Assembly: GCA_047495785.1 (NCBI GenBank)
Contig: JBLDXI010000001.1
Coordinates: forward strand, 2,480,001 to 2,544,000
Source: Lepidodermella squamata
Lineage: Eukaryota; Animalia; Gastrotricha
Reading direction: 5' to 3'
Length of the DNA stretch: 64,000 nucleotides
Below the pieces are notes generated by a model. The model was not told the DNA's origin, ran no database searches, and saw nothing but the letters and a program-made list of their open reading frames with translations. Below, in pieces: positions 53,100 to 64,000 of the stretch (the stretch's first letter is position 1; each line of letters starts with the position of its first letter). The translations under genes were made by a program, and so were the position numbers.

Positions 53100-53462
53100 A
53101 TGCAATCTCTCGAGATTGCGGAGAATTCTGCTGTCAAAGAACGGAAATCCTGTACCCTCTCCCTGGTGTTTTGCAACGTGACGGTGGTGCTTGGGTCCTC
53201 TTTTATGTTCGGCTACAATTTAGGTTAATTTTTGAAAAAAAATCTGAACGCTTTACAATTTCGTATTTTCCCAATCAGGAGTAATTGACGCCCCTTATGA
53301 AGTGTTAAACAACTACGTCAACCAATCTTTTGTTCGAACCGGTCAACTGATAACACCAGATGAACTTAACGCTAACTGGTCCGCGATCGTCACGCTCTAT
53401 TTAATAGGTGGAGCTATCGCTTCCACGTGGTTTCCTGTCAAACTTTCGGCCTGGATTGGAAA
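53100..53462 (+). pseudogene. First two exons of a GLUT/SLC2-type sugar porter (fragment)
   Basis: Exons 53100-53223 and 53279-53462: VLGSSFMFGYNLGVIDAP..WSAIVTLYLIGGAIAS..WIGK (TM1-TM2 of sugar porters); no later exons found in the window. Confidence 0.7.
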
Positions 53463-53882
53463 GTAAGCTACCGTAAAACTTTTTTATCGTTACCAATTCG
53501 ACAGTGAGCAGTAAGCCCAAACACTATAAGTATTCGAATTCTCAACATTTTCCAGTAACTTGAATCGTTTCTTATTTATTCTGTGTATATTGTTAGCGGC
53601 GTGGGCCGCAGTGGGTCCATATTTGGACCCCGACTGGCGGCTAGTCAGAGGGAGGCGCTAGTGGGGCTCAGCATCAGTTAGAACTGAGCCCAATTTCAAT
53701 CTATAACTCAATTAATGGGCTGTTAAAATCTGAGATGCTTGAACATTTTCTTGAAGATTAGTATATGATCCACGCTGAGAACTTTCACTTATTAAAATGC
53801 ATTGAAATATTTTGACAAATTTCAAATATTTTCGATTTATAATCTCCAATTTTATTATCAATCCAAAATGTTGTCAATAAAA

Positions 53883-55425
53883 CTAAGCAAAAGTCACCTG
53901 CTGGTTCAGCATATCAGAAAAATAAATGACATCGACAATGATGATGAGAAGACTGACAAAAACGGCGACAAACATGTCAACAAATCTGAGTATGTGCAGT
54001 TTCGTATATTTTCGCATAGCGACAGGCATGCGATGCCGCAACGGCTTAGCCAGCGGCATCGTTATAAGAGTATAAACAGTGATCACCAGTCCCGTGACAA
54101 ATTTGATGACCGTCATGGTTACAAAGTTGACGGCCTCCGACGAATGGGGAATGCTTGAAAAAACCAGGGCGAGCAGGACTGAGTTTGCTAAAACTGCCGT
54201 CATTGCGAAACTGGGCCTGTAAAATGTTAGAAAAAATCGATATAGTTCATTAAAAACCGGTAAAATCGGTTGTTAACGGTAAAAAGGAAAAGGTTCAAAA
54301 TTTCGGGCAGCATCACGGTACATATTTACTGGGTATGCTAAGTGGACACCCTAAATATCACCAACAGGAGATAGATTCTACCCAAGGTTCAACCAGAGTT
54401 GCCCGTGGGTCTGGTGTAAGCCCTTGATCGGGTTGGGTCGGAGTGGGTTTGGAATTCTTGAGTCCGGGTCAGTCTACAGATCCTACTTCATTGATTGCTT
54501 ACCTGTCTGGCACTTTTGGTGGCATCGATAAGCAAGCTACTTGAAGCACGAAGGTAGCATATGTCGGCAACATCATATTCGCGACGTAGTAGTTGTATTT
54601 CCGTCTGAATCTTGACGTTAAAACCATGCGGTAATACGACTCGGTGGCTTCTTTTACGACAACACTTGACCACGAGAAAGACCGGTTAACAAAAGGATGC
54701 GCAATTTCCCAAACATCGGTCGGTGTTATAAAATCGCCAAGCGCTGATTCATCCGGGCCGAAAAAATCGACGTTTAATTTCAGGTAATTCCAATTATCAT
54801 CCGGTTCCAGCAACATTGCGCATTCAAGCGTGTCGAAAGGGAAGCGCCTGAAGCTGAATGTCGTGCAAGCCGTATCGATCCGCCTTAAGAAACCTAGAGA
54901 TGCAAAAGGCCCTGATGAATCTAAAGGATAGGCGAATAGAACATCGCCATCGCTTCCACCTTCGAACGGCCTCGGGTTATCGTAGGCGTTAATGTGGGAT
55001 ATGTATGGGTGCCAAACTTCGCTTGGCTTGAGATAGAAGCTCAAGCCGTCTAATAGATGTTGAGACGAATCGCATATGGTTGAATTTTCGAAAATATGGC
55101 GGCAATTTACAATGTTACATGGGTAACGCCATTGAAATACGAAATACGCAAATAGGGACATTCGCTTTTGCAAATCGTCGATTTCATTGAAGCGGAACAG
55201 ATAGACCGATACGTTGAGTTGTAGCGGGGATTTGAAGTTACTACCTGCTGTAGCTTCGGCTGGTAGACTGGTCGATAGAACCTGCGGGCAGTGTTCCTTG
55301 GAGAACTTTTCCTTTAATGTATCAATGACAAGAGCTGATGCGTCGGATGATGAGTCATCGAATTTGCAGGGTGACACAAAAACTGTGATGACCAAAATTC
55401 CGCTCGTAATGAAATTTCTCACCAT
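53883..55425 (-). CDS. Cys-loop (pentameric) ligand-gated ion channel subunit, divergent
   Basis: Exons 55425-54503 and 54216-53883; signal peptide, VWHPYI, CTTFSFRRFPFDTLEC, pre-M1 FRRKYNYYVANMMLP, four TM helices. Confidence 0.9.
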
Positions 55426-56103
55426 TTTCGAATGAAAATCATATTGGCGCTTAGCCAATTTATTTCTAGTAATTAATTAGGGATTTCTGGCTTTTTGAAC
55501 TGTCTCGATTGCTCTAGTTTCAGACAATTTTAAATTGAGCCAGGAACTAATAATGAAGGTAGTGTGATCAATCAAAACGGGTTTTACTCTGAAGACTTAA
55601 CGCTAAGTTTGCATATATCAGACATGGCGGAAAAAATATCTAGTGATTTATTAACGCGGACGAGTATCGATGTCGTACGCGTTTGTTTGCACAGCCGTCG
55701 TATATATTTTTTATGATGCGCGCGCATGATGGAAATGAGATGTCATAATAAACCACCGATACCTCTAAACCAACACTCGTTGATATGTCAAACGCGCGCG
55801 CTAGGTTTTTTTGTCATGTAAATTGATTCTCATCATTCCGTGTAATTATCATCACATGAAACGGAAATCGATCGGGTATAATATATGCGAAAAATAAGCA
55901 ATAAGATATTATGGTGATGAATTAAATCATTATGTTAGAACTTGAGAATGAAAAGAAATTGGCAAAAATTGCAACCAGAACAGGTGTTTCGAGATTTCAA
56001 ACTCAGATGGCTCCAGCAGTTCCTGTTTACTTTTCGTGGCATAGCGTAACTTTGAGTTCTAGAATCAAATTTCATCAGAAATTCATGGACTGATTATAGC
56101 AAA

Positions 56104-59100
56104 ATGATGTCAGTTTTTGTTGGGTTTTTAATTTTCGGTTGCGTTATTGCTCCAACTTTTTGCTATACATTTCCGGCAATATGGCTTGAAGAGCAAAGTA
56201 TTTGGATCCAGATTTTTAATTAACGCGAATTTTACCAATTTTTCTCATTTCAGTTCCAAGCTCAGTTTTGCGGTGCACCTCGAATTTGACCCTGCTTCAT
56301 GGCATCGTCACGCCTGGCTCGTCGGAAATCGGCTCAAATCGGACAGTTTCATGCTCGAAGGGATATTACATGGTTCAGAGCCGCAGGTCCAAATCCCCAG
56401 ACACGGCCTACTGCGAAAAAAATGGCAAATGGCTGTTCAAGGGGAAATGTCTCAGGGTACGCATGAGTGATTTTTCGATTTCCCCAACAATTTATTTGAT
56501 TTTTTTAGGTAACACATACCACGTTATATGACGCAATTATTGATGGAAATGTGCGTCGGTTCGAATATATCATAGCTCAAAATGGCGTTGAGTTAGACAC
56601 CCTAATCGCCTGTAACGGGTTCGTGCGAGCCGCAGAGCGTGGGCTCATTGAAATGGTGCGGTTTCTCCTCGTCAACTACCGCAGTATTATCGATATAAAC
56701 TATCGGTCGGAGGAGCGTGGCTATACGGCTTTGATTAACGCTGTTCGATCGAACAATACCGAGCTGGTGCGAATGATTCTGGAGCATGGCGCCGATATTA
56801 ATGCAAAGTCATTTCGAGGCGCGAGTACAGCGCTGAAATATGCAGCTATGTCGGGTAACATCGAAATCATTCAAGGTAATTTGAAAAAATCAAAATAATG
56901 CATCACAAAATTAAAATAACTTCAAAACTTTAATTTAGGTTTCTGGGTATAAATTTTCCCAACATTTTCCTTAAGAACTCATTTGTTTCCGCAGAGGAAA
57001 TATCGATTTCGAAAATCAGTGATTTTCCCAATAGAACTCTTGGAATTCAATATTGCCAATGTTTCTACCTTGTTGATGGTACCAGGAAGCTGAATACAAA
57101 TTCCAGATGAATCCCAGGTCCAGGGAGGGCATCAGATCGATCAAGAAATGAAACAGCCGAAATCGGAAAGAATCGAAAAATGTAGTGCCTGGACGCTCAA
57201 ATATTGCGCTAAAAACTTCAATTTTTGAATTATTTGAACATTTGAATTTTAAAATATTCAGAATTTTCGAAAATATTCAAAATTCAAAAAACTTTGAAAT
57301 TTCAAAGTTATGATCGATTTTCTTAAAAATATTAGAATTAATAATCTAATTAATAATCCTTTCAAAAAAGCTATTTGGCGTTGGACCAGTATTCAAGTTT
57401 CATTATTTTATAATTTTTTTTATTATGGAAAAAATTTTTTTTAACATCAAATTTACTTTTTTCAACATCAAATTACTTTTTCTATCATCAAACTCTTTTT
57501 TCGACAGCAAATTTCAGAAATTACTATTTGATGGGGGAAAATATACTTTCATGATGAAGTTGTGGATTTTAAGTGTTATGTATGACCTCGGGTGATTATA
57601 GCGGGGTCCACACTCGTGCCAGACCAACGGAAAAGGGTGATAATATTAGCAATTGATTTTTGCGCGCGATTTTTTGCGCTTGCAGAAGACACGTGCTGCG
57701 CGAGAAAAGTCGCCTTAAATGTCTGAATTTTTAAGGCGAACAAGTGCTACCAATGGGGTACTCTTCGTTGGGATGAGACATGCTCAGGGTGTGAGTTGAA
57801 AATCTCTCTCGACATTGGCAATGCCCGCCCTAAAGACAAGGAGCACATGCGGCTATTCAGTGAAGCGCAACGGCGTAAAACGTTCCGGCGGCTTAACCTT
57901 GGAGGGCCCTGACTAATTTCACTCATTTGAGTCATTTTCTTCGCAAAAATAAGAATCAGGAAATTACTTTGCCGTCCGTAACTTTGCAAAATTACAGCTA
58001 ACTCAATTTTCCATAATTTTATGAACGGGTTCGACAGCAATAAACTACATTCTTCGTCCAAATTTTCTGTTATTTTCCCGGACTGGTTATCATCAAGGGC
58101 TTTAATGAGTGTGGATCGCAAAAATCAACATATCGAAATATGCTGTTGAAAAAGAGTTTGATGATAGAAAAAGTATTTTGATGTTGAATAAAGTAAATTT
58201 GATGTTGAATAAAATGTGACCCATTTTGATTATTCATCCTTGATCATCAGCTTTGATTCAATACGGTGCCGAGATCGATGCGATCGACACTGACGGTGCA
58301 ACTCCGCTTCACGCAGCGACGAGTAAAAACCAAAGCGTGGAAGTCGTTCGGCTACTTGTCGACAACGGCGCCTCCGTCAACGAAACAACCGGCCACGGAA
58401 TCACGCCGTTGCTATTCGCGGCTCGCTACGGCAATCTCGATACGGTTCGGCTGTTGCTGAAACGCGGCGCAGATCTGAAAGCCGGCGACGTTGCTATGAC
58501 AACGGCGATTCATTTTGCGGCGCTAAAATGCCGCGATGATTTGATCAATCTACTCGTTGAAAAAGGCGCTGATTTGAACGCTAAAAATAATCACGGTAAA
58601 TTAAGAAAAATATTTAAAATTTAAATTTGGAAAAAAATTAACAAAATTTAGATTTAACATTTTTTTGAAATTATTTTTTGAAAATATGCGATATTTATTT
58701 CTAATAATTAGGTCACTCTACAATAATGATGGCCTTACTTTCGAACTGTCCCGTCGATCGTACAATTCGCCTCCTAGTCGAAAAAGGGGCCGATTGGCAA
58801 GCCGTCGATAATAAGGGCTTCACCTTGCTGATGCTCGCCGTAGGAAAGGCCAATAATTCGGCGACTATTCGATATCTGCTTTCGTTGCGCGGCATGAATG
58901 TTCACGAGAAAAGTAAGACGAAGGTTAACGCTCTACTAACCGCGGCCTACTACGGCCGAACGGAAACGTGCCGAATTTTGCTGGAAAATCGAGCTGATAT
59001 CGAGTCACGTGACGAAGACGGTTGTACATCACTCATTTTAGCGGCGAAGAGAAATCACGCGGAGACTGTCAAATTCCTACTTCAAAACGGTGCAAAAGTA

Positions 59101-60882
59101 AGGAAATGAGAAGATCCTAAATTATAAGAAAATTCTCAACCTTAATAAAAAAATCTTCAATTTTTGGTTTTTAATTCATTCCTAATATTCAAATTTGTTT
59201 ATATTCAAAAAATATATATTTTGCTATAGGTTAATGCTCGGACCCTCAACAATTGGACAGCTCTTATGTTCGCAGCTGAAAACGGTAGTTACGATGTTGC
59301 CGTTCGGCTGATCAACCAACGCGGAATCGATCTCAACGCCATCGACTCGTCCGGTCGCGAAACTGCTCTAGTCTTAGCTGCGCGTAATGGCCATACCAAT
59401 ATCGTGCGTGCCCTACTTGAACAGGGCGCGACGCGCGTTAATGAGGTCAATCGGTACGGCGATAGTGCGCTGATTTTGCTGGCTAATGTGCCTGAGTCGG
59501 CGGCGAGAAGGTCACCGCGTTTAGCGGAGATGTTCAGGCTACTGATCAAGACAGGCAGGGCTGAGGTTAACGCAAGGGATGCTTACGGATCGACAGCATT
59601 GATTTACGCCGTAAGGCGGAACTTGACTATCGACATTATGCAGGTAAACTTCGAGGAATCATCAATAGAATGTCAATTGTTCGTTGAGATCGACAGTTTA
59701 TAGTTTGAATAATAGTTTTTTTCATTCTAATTCTCAGATTTTGGCAAAACCTAGAATTTTTTGAAAAGGAACGAAATCGGGAATACTTGGAAAATTTATA
59801 GGTTCGGAATTCGGAAAAGTTTTGCCAAGCGAAGTCCCTAACCTTAGGGTTCCACAGGGCTAAATTTGCGACTCCAGCACAATATTTTCGAGCACAAGCA
59901 CAGCGTCTTCGCCTGAATGCCGGGAAGGTCTGCAGATTCTGAACTCGTGATGGCATGCCTAAACGATGGATCGCACTTATATATCGATTCTAAGTATCGA
60001 CTTCAGTGATTTTTCCAATATCAACAGTCCAAAATCCAATATGCCAAAATTAGCAATCTATCTACCCGGCTGATGGTACCGGTTTGCTAAAAATAAACCT
60101 CAGGGTCTCAGGGTCTTATCGATCAAGAATTTTGAAATAGCTGAAAATTGGGAAAATTCAGAAAAAGGTCATTGAATCTTGGAAAATCCCGATTTTCGAG
60201 CTCCCTTAACGTTCTAATTTCGGCCCTGCTTTCGATTAAAGTTTGTTTTTGCACCGGACAATCCTCCTTAAATTTCCTATGTTTCGATGTTTTCGGCAAA
60301 TTCAGTGCAATTTTCGGCCCAATTGGTACTAAACTTCCATATTTTCGCGAAACGCGCTTCAACCTCTTCCATAAGATTCCGTGTTCAATATTTTTATATC
60401 ATTTTCTCTATTAATTGCGCAACTTCGATTTTTAGGCTCTTATCGACAACGGCATCGATATCAATGGAACGAACATGTTCGGCGAGACCGCGCTGACATG
60501 GGCCATCGAAAACAACCGCGAGGACGTCGTCAAGCTACTCCTCGAGGCCGGGGCTAACGTGAACAGCCTATCTCGACTCGGCACCCCGCTTATTGAGGCC
60601 ACCCTGCGCGCCCAGGCCAACATTGTTCGCGACCTCATCGAACACGGCGCCGTTTTGGCGGCAGTCAATGACGACGGGCTAACCGCGTTGCAACTAGCCT
60701 CAATGCCGCCGCCGAGCAATCGCCGCCGGACAGCTGACGAGCTGGAAATTTTACGCCTGTTATCAGTCGGCGGCAATTCCGGAGCTTCGCCACCAGCTGC
60801 TGGCGGTGGTGTCGAAATCATCGGCAACAATAACAACCCGTCCGGCAGCAATTCAACCGGCAGTAATGATGACTACTATTGA
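56104..60882 (+). CDS. Signal peptide + sushi/CCP + ankyrin-repeat protein
   Basis: Exons 56104-56197, 56254-56456, 56509-56875, 58251-58595, 58712-59097, 59230-59643, 60436-60882; all GT-AG and phase-compatible. Confidence 0.85.
57438..58218. mobile_element. Decayed MITE with subterminal AACATCAAA repeats
   Basis: 57441-57515 and 58134-58212 are inverted copies (~75 bp) within an intron. Confidence 0.65.
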
Positions 60883-62478
60883 TTTTTCGTTCGCTGTTTT
60901 TCTCAGTGTATATACCAACCAGCGCATTATACTCGCACGCAATTTCTTGTCATAACATCGTAGTAGTAGTAGTCGTCATCGTCGTTGAAGTGAAGAATTA
61001 CTCAGCAGCACTAGAAGAAGGCAAATCAAACATGGCCAGATGTCTGTAAGAATAAACATGATCGAAAATCGATGATAAAAACTTGTTTTTTAACGGCTTG
61101 GTGTCGTCATTAGATTTGAGCGCCGTGTGTCAGGCGCTAATTTTTTCTAAATAAACTTCTTCGTTTGAATTTAACCCAATCAACACGCCGAAAATTCTCT
61201 AATAAGTGGCTATGCGCAACCTTTTTTACGCCAATTTTTTAACTGCTCCGTAACCGCAATAAATTATTTCAATGAGAGACTGGATAATATATTCCATGCT
61301 AATTTAAAAAAACCTTTAGAGCCAGTCTTTTACCCCACTTCTAGGCTATCGAAACAATTATTTACAGTTTCTGAACAATTGAAAAATCGAATAAAATATT
61401 TTTTAGAAATTTACTTTAATTCTAGAAATTATTTTTGAAATTTACCTAATGATTGTATTTGGCATGTATTTGAGAAGATAAATTAGCGATAATTTTGTCT
61501 CGTCGCCTTACGAATTGTATATGTCCCTATGGGAATTGAGATCGTCCCGGCACAAATTTACCCTCATTCCGACTTATTTATAGGCATATTGGGAGTAAGT
61601 TTGAACAAATATTGCCTCTGATTTTACGTCTTATATCAATTATATCGGATTCGAGGCCAAACCGGATAAATGGTTACTCGAACTAGAAAAAAATGGTTGG
61701 TAAACACGTAATAGCAAATAACTATTTCCTGTTTTGATTATAATTCCGAAAATTATTAGAATATATTATGACGTTAATAAACTCTGCCGATTGATTTAAT
61801 TTCATATACCTATCATTTTTAACTGAGTGGATTTGGTCTTTGCCGGCTTTTTCGCCTTAGGGTCGCGTTTTTTGTTGCCGCTCTATTTCGAGTCGATGCG
61901 CACCGGTATAGACCGGTGTGGTAGAATTATTGCACGGCGCCGGTGCGGTGCGATCGAAGGCGCGCTCTCGCTCGTGTGTTTTGTTAATCGCGCAATATTC
62001 ATCTCATTTATATTGATAATCGCACGCGCACGAGCGCAACTATCACACTCTAACATCACATGAAGGGCGCGATTTTCACTTGACAATAAACACCTTCTTT
62101 GCTATTTCCGACTGTCGATCAGTACTACTTGAATAAAGTAGCCACACTTATTGATTTTTTTAGCCATCTTAAAATAATTCTGATAGGAATTTATATAAGA
62201 TTTGAGATGACCAGATTTGACAGAAGATATAGTAATGGCGAAAATTCACTTAATCTGACTCCAACCGTCCTATTTTTAGCTCTAAATGATTATGCATTGG
62301 TTTTTTTTCATCTCATTATATAGAGCCTTTTAACGTGGAAGAAAACGGCCTATTGTGCTGCCCTTATGTACACAGTAGCAATGGGAAAGACATTATGACG
62401 ACACTGGCCAAGCTCCTGAATGTGAAATACTCTCGTTTCGAGATTAAGCAGCTGTGCTAATTTACCAGGTGACAAAAA

Positions 62479-63983
62479 ATGGCTGACGCTGTGCGATTCG
62501 GCTGCGTATTCGCCTCGATGAACGTCCCACTTGCGGTTAGTGGGTCACGATAATAAGCCGTAATTATGAATAATTTCTATTTTTATATAGTTATTCGCAC
62601 TCTTTATTTTCGCTCTGGGATTTCTTCCACCTGATAAAAGCGTAAATTTGGTGAGTAATAAATTTAAAAAATTTATTTCTACTTATGCAATTTCCCCAAT
62701 TTTTCTCAGTTTCTTGCGAGCGAAGCTCAAATTCGAGCCTTTCAAAATTTATCAATCGACTGGGTTCGTTTGTTTTTTGATTAAATCGCAAATTATACCC
62801 TTTTTATAATAGCGAGATGAGGGTATTGTCAGCGAAGTCCGAGCGCTTTCACTCACTTCAATTCTGATCGGCGGAACCTATGCAATATTATCTATTGTGC
62901 CCATCGTCGGCTGTTGTTACCTGGCGTCTTTGAGGCGATTTCTTCTACTAGTGAGTTCAATTCTAGCTAGTCTTCTTATTTGATTTTTTTTTCAAAATTT
63001 ACCTCGCTAGTATGTCGTATTTGTGGGCATTCTACTCCTTGCCCTAGTCGCGCTGACATTTTTCCTCGGAGCCGGTCAGCAGTGGGTGTTTTCAATGTTG
63101 CGGACATCTATGCGCAGCGGTTATGAGACGAATAACTCGACTCGCGACGCTACCAGCATGCTGTGGAACACCGTTCAGTTCACGCTGCAGTGCTGCGGCT
63201 ACGACGGCGGTCTTGATTACAGCAACAAAATTACCGGTACTCTCAAAATCGACGAGAGCGAACTTATCATTCCTCGCAATAAATCGGTTTGCTATTTATC
63301 AATTGAATTAAATTTTAAATTGATTTTTATGTGGAGTTTCTGTCGGCTTCTTGGAAAATCCGAATAGGCCAGAATGGCTCCCAGAGAAAATTGCTGAATT
63401 TTGCCTACAAGGCTGAACCTATTTGTAAACCTTGGCAACAAACAAAAATTAATTTCGAAGAACAAAAATTTTCGAATAATTTTGTTAAATCTTGATCACT
63501 TCGCTTCAGAAAATAATAGAGAATTTTTACATGGTCAATTATTTTCGATTTATTTAATTAATTTTAATTAATTTTCCCGAAATTTTGAAAATTGGGCGAA
63601 TTAATTGTTAAAAATTTGGTACAGCTGGTCAAATTCTGGTCAAATTTAGCAAATTTGTTCCGAATTTTGTTTGGTTTCGCAAACAAATGTTCTGGTTAAT
63701 TCGTTTCTTTTTAATAGCTTGCCTTGATCATTCCGCCTAGCTGTTGTACGCCAGACGCGTTAACGGCGCCGATAATTCCTTACAAGCCTGGTAACGCTAT
63801 GCATCCACTCGTTCAATGCGTGTTCTATACGTCAAGTTACTATTCAAACTTTCACATTGTAAGTTCGAACATCTTTCTCACTTCGAAATGATTTTTCAAG
63901 CGATCCTCTAAAATACAGGCCTGCTCTGATAAATTTTGGCCTTTTGCAATGACCATGTTCGCAATTACGATGGCTAGTTGTTG
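62479..63983 (+). CDS. Tetraspanin, 3'-partial
   Basis: Exons from ATG 62479; TM2-TM3 IVGCC..LLL|YVVFV; large loop WNTVQFTLQCCG, IPPSCC, final ACS before TM4. Confidence 0.88.
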
Positions 63984-64000
63984 GTAAGCTTGACATCTCT

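Overview
Gene-dense, AT-rich eukaryotic (invertebrate metazoan) DNA with many 45-60 bp GT-AG introns, so the ORF track shows exon fragments; gene models below were spliced by hand. In order: the 3' part of a phospholipase C-like gene with substituted catalytic residues (1-2717); five tandem BTB-BACK-discoidin (BTBD9-like) genes (3.7-18.3 kb); a small secreted PAN/apple gene missing from the ORF track; an F-box gene interrupted by a Mutator-like insertion and probably spliced to an ankyrin-repeat tail; a tandem cluster of 5-6 secreted Cys-rich (EB-module-like) genes with mucin and sushi domains (26.8-52.5 kb); an orphan 5' fragment of a GLUT-type transporter; an atypical Cys-loop ligand-gated channel; a signal peptide-sushi-ankyrin gene; and a tetraspanin running off the end. 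The best candidate for something undescribed is a pair of paralogous ~400-aa genes of unknown function nested antisense in a 4.7-kb intron (31.6-35.0 kb) and bracketed by transposon-derived repeats. Several non-autonomous DNA transposons, a LINE remnant and a (TTTCC)49 tract are also present. The organism cannot be identified from the sequence alone, and all homology calls come from motif recognition, not database searches.
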